A DNA stretch of 63,477 nucleotides, filler included, from Octopus bimaculoides (taxonomy: Eukaryota): NCBI RefSeq assembly GCF_001194135.2. It is 5 parts of 5 records of this genome, joined end to end, with 100 filler letters (N's around TTAATTAATTAA, not from the genome) between each part and the next. Parts side by side here need not be neighbours in the genome. Positions count along the whole stretch, not along the records: positions 1 to 27,792 come from NC_069001.1; 4 more parts are not named here. The stretch is one strand, 5' to 3'. A program made the position numbers and the translations under genes. The notes beneath the pieces were generated by a model, which was given only the letters and a program-made list of their open reading frames with translations, did no database searches and was not told where the DNA came from. Within the stretch, counting starts at the first letter, position 1. Each line of letters opens with the position of its first letter. Positions 1 to 14,290 of the stretch are shown here, piece by piece.

Positions 1-1003
1 ATATATATATATATATAAATGGATAGATACATGACAGTCAATAGATATTTACGGAAAATTGTTTGTCGCTGTTGTTTTTTTTCCTTCTATTGGTGATTCT
101 GTGACTTGTTCGTAATTTAAGTAGTTATTATTTAGGATTTTGTAATTAAGCACAGAAATATCATTAATACAAGACTCATCGAATATCTCAGTGTATGTGA
201 TAAACAATGTCTTTCTAGTATCATTTCCAGTATTAATTACTCTGTTCATGTTTCCCTGCTGTTAATTCCCGTTCAACAGTTAAAAAAAAAAAAATTCTGC
301 GATGCATTCCATACCCATGTTTTAATTTTTTGTTTTGATTTCAAGCGCTTTGTGTATATCATCTAGCTTGCTCCTAAAACTTTTCTATTTATTCCGAATG
401 ATCATATTAATCTTTTCTTCTATATTTTACTACTGACGAAAGACTAGCATACATGAAGTCAATATGTTTCCCTTCTTTTTTAGCGCTAATTTAATGAAAC
501 ATATGTTAAAATTTTTCCCACCTCTGTTGTCTTTCTTGTGATTATTGCCCACACATAAACACAGAATCACACGCACACAAATGTGTAGCTTGTTATATGT
601 TTCAGTTTACATCTCGTACTACCTGGAAAACTTCTCTCCATTTTATTAGGCGAACTGGAGGATTCACTTAAACCTGGCAGGAAATATTTTGCGATTTAAT
701 TGGCTGTTGACACACTTTCATCCAGCCTCATTGAAGTTAGCGTTGCCTTTCCTCCGTCAGGGGTCGTCAATTAAAATCTCATTTAATAACAGTTATCGAT
801 TTAATCGGCTAACACGCTATCAAAGATGATAGTACTTAGCGCCACTTAAAAAAAAATATTATGGTTAAATCAGTACTTTCACGATGTCATCAGTTAACGA
901 GAAAACCAAATCGACCACTATATTTCGACCTTTGCATTTCGAGTTCAAATTCTGCTGAGAAAGTATGTCCTATGATTTTATTTTAAATTTCTTCCTTTGT
1001 TGG

Positions 1004-1040
<37 letters not shown>

Positions 1041-2576
1041 TTATTCAGAAGTAGATTTTAATGTAACTAGGGTTATGTTATGAATTTTTCCTGAAAATAG
1101 CATGTGTACTGTCACTGGCAATTTCTGTAAGCTTTCGGGAAAACCGGAAAATTCTATTTTTTCTCTAAAAATCTGCATCGAATCTATGGCCGCAGAGTAG
1201 TATCTGCTGATCCGCGGAAAAAAGGCTACGATTTTCAATTACATTTCGATATTTTCAGAGTTTTTGTCGTTTCAAGTTCGCCTTGGCGTTTTATGTTTTC
1301 GTGAAGAACATAGCTGATGGAAACTCCACCTCTGGTGTTTTTTTAATATCTAATGAACCAAGCATTGGTCAAAATGTATTAACTATATATGTCGTAATAG
1401 AATAATGAGCGTAGTATTTTTATATATTTGTCCAGAATCACGACAGACACGGAGGAGGAAAGAAAATAGTAATTCAGTGAAGGTGAAGTAGTGAGTGGAA
1501 TAGCGCTGACTGAGAGGGAGTGAGAGAAAGTAATAGCAATGAGAGTTACAAAGTCGTGATAGATGGATAAGGAAGGAACGGATGAAAAAAGAACCAGTAT
1601 TTCAACTCGGTGTAAGTATATGCTTGTAGGTGTATACGTGTACAAGGGAAACATGTTTAAATACTGCTGGCGAAACAACGGGAATTTGACTGTATTATTG
1701 GAATTCATCGAAACAGTTCTTACTAACTTGAATAGAATATGTGATAAATTCTCGCATAGAGAGATTTTCTGATGAAATTAATGTGAATGTTGACTGCTAG
1801 ACTGAGGACAATATTCCAGTGACGCATTCTGCATATAAATACGGATACAGCAGTCTCTAACATATGAAATATACTTAGAGCTGATAAACTTTGACCACAT
1901 GCGCTTACTGAAACAACTGATTCAGTAATTACGCAACTAGTGTTCCGGTTTTAAATTTAAAGATACCAACTGAGGAAAGTAACTCGATTAAGAACAGTTG
2001 ACTGAAATTTCTGGCCAGTTTAGACAAGGCTGATGAACGAATCTGTTGCTTATAACCAAACGATAAATATAATGTGACGTGTTTCGATGGTTTTGGATAT
2101 CCTCAGTGATGGCTAATGTACCCATTCAATACGAATATAAATGATTATCATATATTGAAACGACAAATGCTAGAGTTGTTTAAAATAAACAGTTCCTTGC
2201 GTATAAATGTATATAAGTTTGCTTATGTTATTATTATATTTTCATATTGTAACTATAGTCAGTACAATTAACATCATTTTGTCCACGACTGTGCGATAAT
2301 CATTGAAATACACCATTTACAATATACAGTCATTTTATGACTCATTGGAGATCTTACATTTTATTTCTTGTTTCTTTTTTATTTAATCTTAAGTTATATA
2401 TATATCGTACACATACACACATATACTTATAATATATATGCATATAGTTGCTTCTAAACTTTTAATTTAAATATTTCATTGTTGCATTATAGAATTCGAA
2501 TGATGCATCCTAGGTATCATCATTCTCCCCCTCCCCTGTTTCCTGTTACTCGTTATCATTATTATTACACTCATCA

Positions 2577-2603
<27 letters not shown>

Positions 2604-2607
<4 letters not shown>

Positions 2608-3140
2608 GAAATCAGCATTTTGTCTGCCTTTAGGTTGTGAGTTCAAATTCCGCCGCGGTCAACTTTACTTCTCATTCCTTTGGAATCGAAAAATAAGCAT
2701 AAATTGAGCGCTGAAGTTCATGTATTCGATTCGCCCCCCTCCTACCCCAAACTCGCTGGTCTTGTGTCCAAAATTTGGAACCTTTATTATAAAGAATATC
2801 TTATGGTATTTCTTACTGTTGTTTGCTTCCCATTTCGCTCCTCTGGGTCTATAAAATGGATTCCAGTTCAGCACTAGTATCAATGTTATCGACTTAACCC
2901 TTCTTCTCAAAAGATACTGGTCTTGTTCCAAAATTAGGGAGAGGTTATAATTTCTACCATTATTTTGGTTGCATTACGCCAGTCGCAATGTTCTGAGTTC
3001 TAATTCCGTCGAGGTCGACTTAACCTCTTATCTTTTCGAGGTCGATAAATTAAGTACCAGTGAAAAACTGGGATCCATGTAATCGACAAGTCCCCTCTCC
3101 CAAAATTTCAGGTTCTGCGCCTAAAGTAGGAATGATTCTA
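2604..3140 (+). mobile_element. Cluster of partial tRNA-derived SINE family A copies
   Basis: B-box GAGTTCAAATTC, body GGTCGAC...TTTC.ATCC.TTCG.GGTCGATAAA.TAAGTACCAG, and repeated 3' parts ending CCAAAAT. Confidence 0.7.
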
Positions 3141-3627
3141 TTGATTACAGTTGTTGTTGTTGTTGTTACTCTTGTCGTTGTTGTTGTTATTAAAAATACT
3201 ACATCCATCCTGAAATTATCGTTTCGACGATCTTATGGCTGATTGGCTTGTATCGCATTCAATGCAATAATGCTTCATCGTTTTCTCAAAAACACTTTGT
3301 AGCTCTTCTTTTAAACTCAGTTTAACCCTGACTGTGCAACATTTCCTATGAAAATGTTGCTACTATTAAGTGACATATTTTCATGTAGCCTTTACCGTAT
3401 GAACGGAAGCTGTAAATTTGCTGATGAAAATCATACCAGCAAAAACTCTGCGACAACACACTTCATGTTCTGTGTGATCTTCAGCTATGCTTCCAGGATC
3501 AATGAAACACCGATGGAAATGTGATCATCGTCATCATGTGTGTGTATTGATTTGAGGAATCGTAGAAGCTTATTGAATTTACTATTAATATTCATAGAAG
3601 CTTGTAAGTGAACTGCGAACTGACAGA

Positions 3628-3880
3628 ACCGTTAGCACGACGGGCAAAATGCTCAGGGGTATTTCGTCTGTCTTTACGTTTTGAGTTCATATTCCACAGT
3701 GGATGGGATTGCTTTTATCCTTGTCGATGAATCAACTCTACCCCTTTCCCCACGAAATTACTGACCTTCTGCCAATATTTGGAACTAGTTCACATAGAAA
3801 CGTCAAAGGCAGGGACCAGGTAGAATCGTTAGCACACAGGGAAAACGCTTAGCGGCATTTCGTCCGTATTTTCATTCTTT
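3628..3880 (+). mobile_element. SINE family A copy plus a second head fragment
   Basis: CAGAACCGTTAGCACG...ATTTCGTCTGTCTTTACGTTTTGAGTTC. Confidence 0.7.
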
Positions 3881-4619
3881 CGAGACTGATATAATAAGAA
3901 CTAGCTGAACACTGAGGTCGTTCTAATAGACGTCCCCTAATATACTCGCCTTGAATAAATTTTAAACTGATGATTCCTGAAGCTAAAAATTCTAAATGTT
4001 GATGTTACAATCTGATACGATCGCATTGCCGAAAATGAAATTACACTATGTAATATTTTCTTTTTAGGTCTATTTGAGCAATTATTCAGTATATCTACTA
4101 AGTACAGCATTCCTACAATAACTAGTTCGCATTTAATTCGTACAGAATGCAACCTGAACCAATTTTATTTAAAAACAGCATGATTAAAAATAATTGTAGT
4201 TTCTGCTGTTATTTGTAGCAGATAAGACAGTGAAACAGAACCCCAATTCTTAAGCTTTTTGCCTTCTTGGGGTACGGTAGATTAGACAAAGAACGTACTA
4301 ACGCACTTTTCCAGGAATTGTAAAGATATCGGTCAAACACGTGAAAACATTTATAACCGTAATTTCTCTTTAATGCTACAGTTATCTAAAAATACAAGAA
4401 ACGATGGTTTAATTAATAGTACGTAGTATATTAAAAAGTAAATATGAATAACACACATTTCATAAAGCTCAAATATTTACATAAAATTTCTAAAGCTTTG
4501 ATTAATGATTGCTTTCAACTGTACTGCGTTCGGCTTGCTTCTTTACTTGGTTACTGATAATGTATGTTACTTTATGCATTAAATGCGACAAAATGCGACT
4601 AAAACTCAGTGTGCAGCTC

Positions 4620-4657
<38 letters not shown>

Positions 4658-4894
4658 NNNNNNNNNNNNNNNNNNNNNNNNNNNNNNNNNNNNNNNNNNN
4701 NNNNNNNNNNNNNNNGTGTGTGTGTGTATGTGTGTGTGCTTATGTCTATCTATTTCGTGCGTTGGTTGCAGTGATGAAATGGCAACCATCTAACGTAGAA
4801 TATTTACTTGAATCAGAATCATCCTTCCTTATACGGGTTTCAAATTTTAGCACATGGTCAGCAAAGTCGGGTGTGTGGGTAAGTCGATTACAAC

Positions 4895-5045
4895 GACCTC
4901 AGTGTTGAACCCGTTCTTATTTTATCAACCTTGAAAGGGATGAAAGGAGAAGTAAACCTCGGCGGGATTTGAACTCAGAACGCAGAGACGGACGGAATGT
5001 GGCTAAGAATTTTTTCCCGGCTTACTAACGATTCTGCCAGCTTAC
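4895..5045 (-). mobile_element. SINE family A copy
   Basis: Reverse complement of the family A head and body (GGATTTGAACTCAGAACG...CTAACGATTCTGCCAGCT). Confidence 0.7.
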
Positions 5046-5514
5046 CCCACCACAGCACCTTTGCATATAACATAAGTGAGACAACACTTATGTGTATTCA
5101 CCATAAATTATGCTACCCTGGCTTACTTTCACTTAGCTACAATGCTTTACTCCAACATACATGATCAAATACACATCAACAATTGAGTTTTTAAGGATAT
5201 TGGGTATAATATGTAAGAGATTTAGCTGCAACGTGTATTAGATCAATAGATTTACAACTCTGCAGTCGTAAAATAGAACTTATAAACCACAGAGCTATGT
5301 TTTATCCAAAGCTTTCTACGTCTTATCATAAAGAGAGTAAAATTAGGTTTCGATGAAAATATGACGTCTATGCTTGGTCGGTCGAGTGGCCATACCTCAG
5401 CCCCAAAATCACACAATTTCAGTATCGGTGATCAGTATAACAAAAGTGTACGGTAAATGTTACTTGTAATTTTCTGTGACATCACACTGTTATCAATTTA
5501 GCTTCTTGCCCATC

Positions 5515-5684
5515 CAGTATTATGATGTCTGTTCACACCATCGATCAACGCTATAAATACGTGTCCTATTTTGTGACATTCCTCATATCTCGACATGATT
5601 AGCATCACCTCTCATCCTCTCCGTATCAGCATTACGATGTTTGTTTATTCCATCGATCATGCCTATAAATACGCGGCCTATTTT
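5515..5684. repeat. 58-bp direct repeat x2 (5515-5572 and 5627-5684) containing CCATCGATCA and CTATAAATACG
   Basis: 47/58 identity by hand alignment. Confidence 0.85.
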
Positions 5685-6434
5685 TAAATTCTGATCGAAA
5701 GATAACCAGAGTTGTCACCATGTCTGTCAAATATCAGATTATTCCATCCTTCTCTACCGTTGACTGCTTCAAATTTTAATTAACAGAATCTCTGTTGCAT
5801 TAACTACATGTATGTGTATGCTTGTGTGTGTGCGTGTTTGTTTGTGTGTGTACGTTTGTGCGTGTGTGTGGGTGCATTTGTATGTATGTGGGTTCGTGTG
5901 CATGTGTGTATGTATAGTGTTTGAGATGTCACAATTGATGTGTTAATTAAAGGATTGTCTAATGTGTGCTTCTGTTCCTAATAGGCATGAGGTTTGATTA
6001 ATTATGTCTGAAATTTTCGACATTTTACCTGCGTTAGCGACAATTTTTTTACAATTTTTTTACACGAATCGACTTGAAGGTGAAGACGAAAGACACAAAA
6101 ACGTATTCAGCGTTTAAGCAAAAATAAATACCTATTTCAATTATCATTTGGAATCAGGACATAATATAATGACATTAATATATNNNNNNNNNNNNNNNNN
6201 NNNNNNNNNNNNNNNNNNNNNNNNNNNNNNNNNNNNNNNNNNNNNNNNNNNNNNNNNNNNNNNNNNNNNNNNNNNNNNNNNNNNNNNNNNNNNNNNNNNN
6301 NNNNNNNNNNNNNNNNNNNNNNNNNNNNNNNNNNNNNNNNNNNNNNNNNNNNNNNNNNNNNNNNNNNNNNNNNNNNNNNNNNNNNNNNNNNNNNNNNNNN
6401 NNNNNNNNNNNNNNNNNNNNNNNNNNNNNNNNNN

Positions 6435-6481
<47 letters not shown>

Positions 6482-8947
6482 GTGTGTGTGTGTGTGTGTG
6501 CGTTTGTGGATGTCTGTGTGTTTCTACATATACACATGAATATACTTCGGAATATGTTAAGCTAATCAGAAAATTTATATTTCGTGGCAAGCAACGTCAC
6601 GAAACGTGAAGGAAAATAAGTACTTATAAAATATAATATTGCACTTCAACACAACGATGGTGTGACGGATTTGAATTGTGCAGATGTCACACTTCTGATG
6701 CTATAGAAGCAACACACACACACACACACACACATATATACACATGTATGTATGTGTGTATGTATATATATATATATGTATGTATATACGTATATATAAA
6801 TGAAGATACGTGACTGCTTATGCGTATATGCTAGTGTTCTTGTATGTGTTTCTGTTTGGTGTATTGTCAGCTTGCGTAGACTGGAGTATGTGAATTGACT
6901 ACTTGCATTGCTTTTTAACAAAATAGTATTTTCAAGATTATTGTCAACACTGCGAAGTGAAATATTCATAGCGCCAAACATGTTGCGTACATTTACATCC
7001 TATATTAGTTTTGCGTTCAAATGGTACCGAAGTTTATCAGTTATTTGTTTGTTTTTTCATTTGTTTACATTCGATAAATTATGCTTTCATAAGCTCGATC
7101 CATTTTTGTTGTTATTATTGGAAGTTGACATCGATATAGCGATTATTCTTCACTCTTTACAAGTACTGAATCCGCAAATTGTCTGCAGCAGACGGTGATC
7201 GCCTAGCAAACTATTAGTCAGTTATAGAGTATTTGTAAGTGTATACACACACACGCACATAGAATAATAAGGTAGTCAGAATGTTGGATGATTATATATA
7301 TATATATATNNNNNNNNNNNNNNNNNNNNNNNNNNNNNNNNNNNNNNNNNNNNNNNNNNNNNNNNNNNNNNNNNNNNNNNNNNNNNNNNNNNNNNNNNNN
7401 NNNNNNNNNNNNNNNNNNNNNNNNNNNNNNNNNNNNNNNNNNNNNNNNNNNNNNNNNNNNNNNNNNNNNNNNNNNNNNNNNNNNNNNNNNNNNNNNNNNN
7501 NNNNNNNNNNNNNNNNNNNNNNNNNNNNNNNNNNNNNNNNNNNNNNNNNNNNNNNNNNNNNNNNNNNNNNNNNNNNNNNNNNNNNNNNNNNNNNNNNNNN
7601 NNNNNNNNNNNNNNNNNNNNNNNNNNNNNNNNNNNNNNNNNNNNNNNNNNNNNNNNNNNNNNNNNNNNNNNNNNNNNNNNNNNNNNNNNNNNNNNNNNNN
7701 NNNNNNNNNNNNNNNNNNNNNNNAATTAGGTAAAGATGAATGACTTTTGTATGGTCAGATTTGTTTCTTTACTACTTAGTGGTCTTTTAAGGTGGGGAGG
7801 AAAAAGGAAGAGAAAAGAAACAATTTTTTGTATTTGAATTGGGTATCCCTTGCTTGGCAAACTCCCGAAAATTATTTATAAAAAAAATCCAAGAAATCGT
7901 AATTTGAACTATTTTTTGATAAATCCACCACATGAGTAACGGTTGGATTGTTTGCTTCCCTGCATTCTAACTGTTCAGTCAAGGATACCGTTAGGATACC
8001 AGACTTTAAAATAATGTGAACAGAAGCAATTTTTTTCGGATGAATCCTTGAAGGTAGTGCTGCTGCATGGCCGCAAATTAGTAACAAGTAATGAAAGATA
8101 TGAGATATCCTTCAATATTTTCGGATCAGGTTAATGACCTCCTCTTTTAGTAGTTAGAATTAAAATCTTTCGACTGTTGTACCTTCTAAATATATCACAT
8201 TATCAAACATATATGTGAAGAATAATGATAATGATAATGCCTTTTCGCCGAAATTCAGACAATAACTGAAAAGTAAAAGAAAGGAAAAAGAAAGAAAGAA
8301 ATGATTGAGAATTTACAGCTTTTGGGTTTCTTTTACCATTCTTGTTACAACTTGATACTACGAGACGTGATGATTAATGAACTGCAGTGCTGCTGCTGAT
8401 TTTTGTTTTTTTTTTACGTTGCCGTTGTTGTTGTTGTTGTTGTTGTTGCTGCTGCTAGTATTTGAAGTTTGGCCAAAGGTCAGCTTTTGTGTAGAAGGTC
8501 AATAATCAAAGTCATACTAGTTGTACCATCGCCGTCATTTTTTTTTTTTTCTCAGACAAATTTTTTTTTGGCATTTCATTATCAAACATTTCTTACCGAA
8601 TCTTTAAAAGCAATAGCGTTATATGGCAGTTAGTTGACTGTTATTTCTAGGAGCTGGAAAATCCACATCGCAGCTTCATCAATGTTGGTAGTTGTATTGT
8701 TGATAGTATAAATTAGTGTGATGTTAGTTGTTGGAAATCTAGACGTTTCCTTAACGATGTTAGTTTCGTGTTGTTTTTAGTTTTGTTACAAATGTCCTTT
8801 TGTTCGCGTGGAAAAATTGAGATGAGTATAAGTCGTCAGCAAGCAGATTTTTAATTTTTATATATACGGTTTTATCTTTAGCAGATGATTCTCTTATCTG
8901 TCAAGAAAGAAAGCACTCGTTCTCACTCTCTTTCTGTTTCTCTTTGT

Positions 8948-9027
8948 CTCTCCTACACTTTGTCTCTCCTACACTTTGTCGCACCTATACTTTGTCTCTC
9001 CTATACAGTGTCTCGCCTGCACTTTCT
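8948..9027. repeat. 16-bp minisatellite (CTCTCCTACACTTTGT) x5
   Basis: Directly visible. Confidence 0.9.
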
Positions 9028-9356
9028 ATTTCATTCCTTTAGCGAGGTGGTTGGTCTAAAAAGGTAAGGCGGGCTATGTGTTACTTTCAATTCAAAATTT
9101 CCGAGAGATTCTTAGAGAAACAGGTGAAGTAAATAGGATTACTTCCCTTTTATGAATACAGACAGGCAGCTGGTATAAGAAGTGATGAGATTTGGGAGTT
9201 AGTAAGGGATAGATAATTTTAAGTGGTAGAAAGACGGCCTTGGTGTGTTGTGGTTAGATTTAGAAACATATTTAAATAAATGACATTATAATAAGGATGG
9301 TATAGTCCAGTGATTTTACAACGATGTCATGTTATTTCACTATTCTATTTTGGAAA

Positions 9357-9600
9357 ACCAGGTATGACTGTGTGGTTAAGAAGGTCCCTTTGTAACCGCA
9401 TGGATTCGAGTTCAGCTTCAATGCGAAGCAATTTTGGCAGATATCATCTACCGGATCATCCGGCAGAGCAATCTTATATGAGAGCTTACAGATTGTCAAT
9501 AGACCGCGAGAGCATATGTACCGAGCTATAAACACATATGTACTGGCATCGATTGTTGGCACGAAAAATCTTCAAGGTAGCACAATACAATGATTGTATT
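9357..9600 (+). mobile_element. Degraded SINE family B-like copy
   Basis: GGTATGACTGTGTGGTTAAGAAG...CATGGATTCGAGTTCA. Confidence 0.45.
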
Positions 9601-11780
9601 CCAACGACTGAGTACCTCTTCAAAGATAAGTAATTTTAATGAACAAGGAGATCTACTACATTTACGAATGCTTTGTTTAATTTGAGGATAACTTAGTAGC
9701 AATTTCTAGCAGATGGAAAACGAAAGTAGTTGCTACTACGCCTGTTGTGTTCAATTTTAAGCCTCAATAAAAACAAAACGCAAAATACTGTTATACCTTC
9801 TACCATATATAGTAAAAACCAAGAGAGAGCAGAAGTAATTTACTAGCATTTAGAAACACAAATATTTTAATCAATTTTACGCTATCACAGACGAGAAGTA
9901 TAGAATCCTATCTTTACTTTTACTAAATATATTAATCAATATTTTGAATGGAATCAATATTTTAAATCGAATCATTTATCTTTAGTAGTACACGTGAGCG
10001 TGCTGAGTATTAAGTAGAGAGTCACTGTACGATTACGCACTAATATTTGCTGCGGATGTACGGATATGTGTCTCTTAGTCTTGTGTGTATGTGTGTGTGT
10101 GAGTGCGTGTGCTTTGGGTGTATGTGTGCATTTTGGGTGTGGCTATACATATGTTTATGCCTCTCTCATTCCTTCTATACATATCTATTTATCTAACTAT
10201 ATATATTTATATATTTATAAATAATATATTTATATATACACGCAAATAAACATATATNNNNNNNNNNNNNNNNNNNNNNNNNNNNNNNNNNNNNNNNNNN
10301 NNNNNNNNNNNNNNNNNNNNNNNNNNNNNNNNNNNNNNNNNNNNNNNNNNNNNNNNNNNNNNNNNNNNNNNNNNNNNNNNNNNNNNNNNNNNNNNNNNNN
10401 NNNNNNNNNNNNNNNNNNNNNNNNNNNNNNNNNNNNNNNNNNNNNNNNNNNNNNATATATACATATTTATAAATAATATATTTATATATACACGCAAATA
10501 AACATATAGGTATATACATATACATATATGCATACAAACACACATCAAGCTCATAGCATAAATATATGAGTTTGTTTGTGTTATACATGCGTATATGTAC
10601 GAGAGTGTCATCAGGTTTGTTTGTGTGCGAGTGAATCTGAGTCTGCCAGCGTGTGATTGCGTCGAATATCTAGACCGATAGTGCTTTACTAAAACGTCTG
10701 TAGTCGATTCCCTAAAGTGAAAACAAATATATATTCATTGGACCAAACAATGACAACAATAATGCTAGCAAGAACAATGACATAAATCATAAAGAAAAAA
10801 AGAAAAAGAAATGCATAAATTTCGATGGTGTTATGTTTCATTTATACAGCTCAAATATATTCAATCTTATAATCCGAAAATATAGTCGAATGAATATATA
10901 TATATATATATANNNNNNNNNNNNNNNNNNNNNNNNNNNNNNNNNNNNNNNNNNNNNNNNNNNNNNNNNNNNNNNNNNNNNNNNNNNNNNNNNNNNNNNN
11001 NNNNNNNNNNNNNNNNNNNNNNNNNNNNNNNNNNNNNNNNNNNNNNNNNNNNNNNNNNNNNNNNNNNNNNNNNNNNNNNNNNNNNNNNNNNNNNNNNNNN
11101 NNNNNNNNNNNNNNNNNNNNNNNNNNNNNNNNNNNNNNNNNNNNNNNNNNNNNNNNNNNNNNNNNNNNNNNNNNNNNNNNNNNNNNNNNNNNNNNNNNNN
11201 NNNNNNNNNNNNNNNNNNNNNNNNNNNNNNNNNNNNNNNNNNNNNNNNNNNNNNNNNNNNNNNNNNNNNNNNNNNNNNNNNNNNNNNNNNNNNNNNNNNN
11301 NNNNNNNNNNNNNNNNNNNNNNNNNNNNNNNNNNNNNNNNNNNNNNNNNNNNNNNNNNNNNNNNNNNNNNNNNNNNNNNNNNNNNNNNNNNNNNNNNNNN
11401 NNNNNNNNNNNNNNNNNNNNNNNNNNNNNNNNNNNNNNNNNNNNNNNNNNNNNNNNNNNNNNNNNNNNNNNNNNNNNNNNNNNNNNNNNNNNNNNNNNNN
11501 NNNNNNNNNNNNNNNNNNNNNNNNNNNNNNNNNNNNNNNNNNNNNNNNNNNNNNNNNNNNNNNNNNNNNNNNNNNNNNNNNNNNNNNNNNNNNNNNNNNN
11601 NNNNNNNNNNNNNNNNNNNNNNNNNNNNNNNNNNNNNNNNNNNNNNNNNNNNNNNNNNNNNNNNNNNNNNNNNNNNNNNNNTATATTCATTCATTCCTAG
11701 AGAGAGTAAAATGAAAACGCATGCATTTCATTTCAAAACATCTACTATTAGTGTGGCACGTATACACACACACACACACA

Positions 11781-11822
<42 letters not shown>

Positions 11823-12730
11823 TGTGCGTGCGTGCAAAATCACAAAGACACACACGAATACAGACAGACATAATCACGCACACATTCATTGACACTTACT
11901 TCCAAGCGTTCATATTGTTACAGAAATACTTCCATATTGAATCCGCCGTTTCTGTCTTTACAAATACAGAAGGACACAATCTCACGCATCCAGAAACACA
12001 CGCGCGAGCACACATTTTCCTACGACATGTATCCACACGTTTAAACAATAACCCACTCCAGCGTAGCCCGAACTGCAACAATAATCTTTAGATAAAAAAG
12101 AAATAACGAACATAAAAATAAGTACAGCATAAACAATTATCCCGATACCAATCTTAGTATTACCGATAATATCTCTTGGTTTAGTTGAGTAGATTGATAT
12201 ATTAAGAGATACCTTAACTATATATGGAAGTTTGATGATCTGTGTTTCTCCGTTGGCATTCGTAGACGATTTTGAATTATACACAGCAATCTAACGGTAT
12301 ATCTGTCTACAATAAGCAATGCACTCAGCAGGCAGCAAATCTTGGTTGAATTATTTTGAGGCGACAGAAATATTCACAGATTACTTAGTTTCGTCAATAT
12401 CTTTAATGTCCTGTTCGGATTGTTCAAACAACGACAGAGCAGATATCACATTATTTCAGACGAAACCCGGCTAGTAGAGATGTTACGGTTCATATTATAT
12501 CACCAGGTATGCATGTCTCCCTGTCTTATTCCTCTCCCTCTCTCTCTCTCTGTCCCTCACCTCTCTCTCTTCATCTCTCTCCCTCTTTCTCTCTCACCCT
12601 CTCAGTATATATGTATGCGTGTGTGCACTCACAGTCTATGCATGCATGCTGTTTACGACATAAGAGCTTATAAAATATAGAGATAAATAGATTGATAGAT
12701 AGACAAATAGATTTATATATATTTATATAC

Positions 12731-12782
<52 letters not shown>

Positions 12783-13429
12783 NNNNNNNNNNNNNNNNNN
12801 NNNNNNNNNNNNNNNNNNNNNNNNNNGTTTATAACATCAGCAACGTGTATGGACAAATATTCCGATTCTGTAAAAGCCCGTTGTACAACAGATACACCAA
12901 TACTTCTATCTTGTGAATTTAAATTGAGCAATATGAAATGTAGTGACATCCTCGTAGGCACAACGGGCCACAAACTCGAGAACATGTTCTAACAATATTC
13001 GGTCCAAGGAAATAAACACTAAGCGACGGACTTTTACTATTATCAGAACAATAAAATCAGTATAACGATAAGTTTTTCATCCTAAACATATCTAATAGAT
13101 AACCACTCTATTATGCAAAGAAACAGTTAGTCTGTAGGTGTTAGTAGTTAAGAGGTGTCTTAACCGGGGATTATGCAAATTGGACTATAAACTAGTTTGC
13201 CACAAGCCAAATGAAGTATCTGTTTAATTGAAAAAATATTGGCAACATCATATTGATTTCAGATATTGATTAAAAGTCACACAATGTGTGGGACTATTTA
13301 ATCGATGAATAATATTAAATATAAAATTATATTGCAAGAGTTCTTAGTTCGTAACCTATCTTTCAAGTGCATATTTATAATATGTTGATGTCCATTTACT
13401 AAATGTCCCAAATTGAAATGCAGTACGAA

Positions 13430-14100
13430 CTGCAAATACAATATGCCAATATTGCAACATAAAAATCGACAATAATTGGTATAAACATTGCTAAACAATG
13501 TACATGATTAGGACGTGGGTATGTCTGTTGAAAATGACAAAGACAGAAAAACTAAACGCCCAGAAAATACTCAAAGATTATAGATAAAGAACTTGCTTAG
13601 TGACAGATATTGCAGACACTTCTCACTAAAATATTGCCCTAAAAGAAGTAGAGAAATTGTTTAATTACAAAGACCTCGAAATGCAAGGATTTAAGATGTG
13701 GAGCATGAAAGTGAAAACACTACCCGTAATAACTGGAAATTGAAATTAAAAAATGTACCATCTTAAAGCAAGACTTGTTCCTGCTATTATAGATGTCCTA
13801 AGTATGATAAAAAAGGGAATGCCAGAAATATGTTTATAAGATCCCAGGAGAAACATGTCTCAGAGAAATCCAAACGTTTTTGCTGACAAGTACTACCCAC
13901 ATCTTTAGAAGAACCATATCCATTTAAATGTCTGTTTGTATTACATGAAGATATTTTCATTGTTTATCCTGCCACTTCTCCTCCTTCAGCTTTCAGTCAT
14001 ACTTTTGCATCTCTTATACTTCACTCACCTTAGGACACCGAGTGTGTCTTGGCAAGTGTTTGTAGCAAGCAAGCAGATTAAAGTTAATAAATAAATAGAT
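13430..14100 (+). mobile_element. R4/Dong-like non-LTR retrotransposon 3' remnant (restriction-like endonuclease domain)
   Basis: Stitched translation: ICQYCNIKIDNNWYKH...KDYR*RTCLVTDIA...NIALKEVEKLFNYKDLEMQGFKMWSMKVKTLPVITG...IPGETCLREIQTFLLTSTTHIFRRTISI*. This matches the RLE PD..D/E.K region; an A-rich tail follows. Confidence 0.7.
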
Positions 14101-14104
14101 AAAT

Positions 14105-14290
14105 AATTACTCTGCCTACTCGAAGGTGTAGGAAAGTGCTCCCTTCCTGTTTCTTTCTGCTTAGAAAATCATATTCAGAATAGATCCATTCAGTCTCATC
14201 AGTCTTGTCACTGTTGACCACCTTTTGAGAAACACGCTAGAAGGCAACACTGCCCTCTCTACTCTCACCTTCCGCTTGTACCTAGTGTAG
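14105..14290 (-). mobile_element. Tx1 ORF2 extreme C-terminal fragment (heavily 5'-truncated)
   Basis: YKRKVRVERAVLPSSVFLKRWSTVTRLMRLNGSILNMIF* aligns with the E1 C-terminus (HLKRKVRLER...KRWTRVAHMLGVNG). Confidence 0.65.

Noticed and set aside
49-540. Minus-strand ORF 49-249 and a semi-open frame upstream
   Set aside because: No recognisable domain, multiple stops upstream, and a composition typical of A-rich non-coding DNA.
865-895. CTGATGA...GAAAGTACTG on the minus strand as another hammerhead
   Set aside because: No stem II pairing, a non-cleavable triplet (CUG) and no stem I.
1563-1617. ATG...CGGT|GTAAGT possible first coding exon (MDKEGTDEKRTSISTR)
   Set aside because: Too short, with no recognisable homology; such donors occur by chance.
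8885-9063. Possible + strand exon (TTTTATCTTTAGCAG acceptor; AAG|GTAAGG donor; open frame)
   Set aside because: The content is a low-complexity 16-bp minisatellite, the translation resembles no protein, and no partner exons were found. RNA-seq would be needed.
10195-10510. Repeated ATAAATAATATATTTATATATACACGCAAATAAACATAT on both sides of a gap
   Set aside because: Probably a collapsed minisatellite or overlap at a gap; it cannot be resolved.
4502-12992. Many long ORF-track entries rich in X, YI, HT and CV (also at 32.5-33.2, 43.7-45.4 and 59.0-60.0 kb)
   Set aside because: They are read-through of N gaps and (AT)n/(AC)n microsatellites, with no protein signal.
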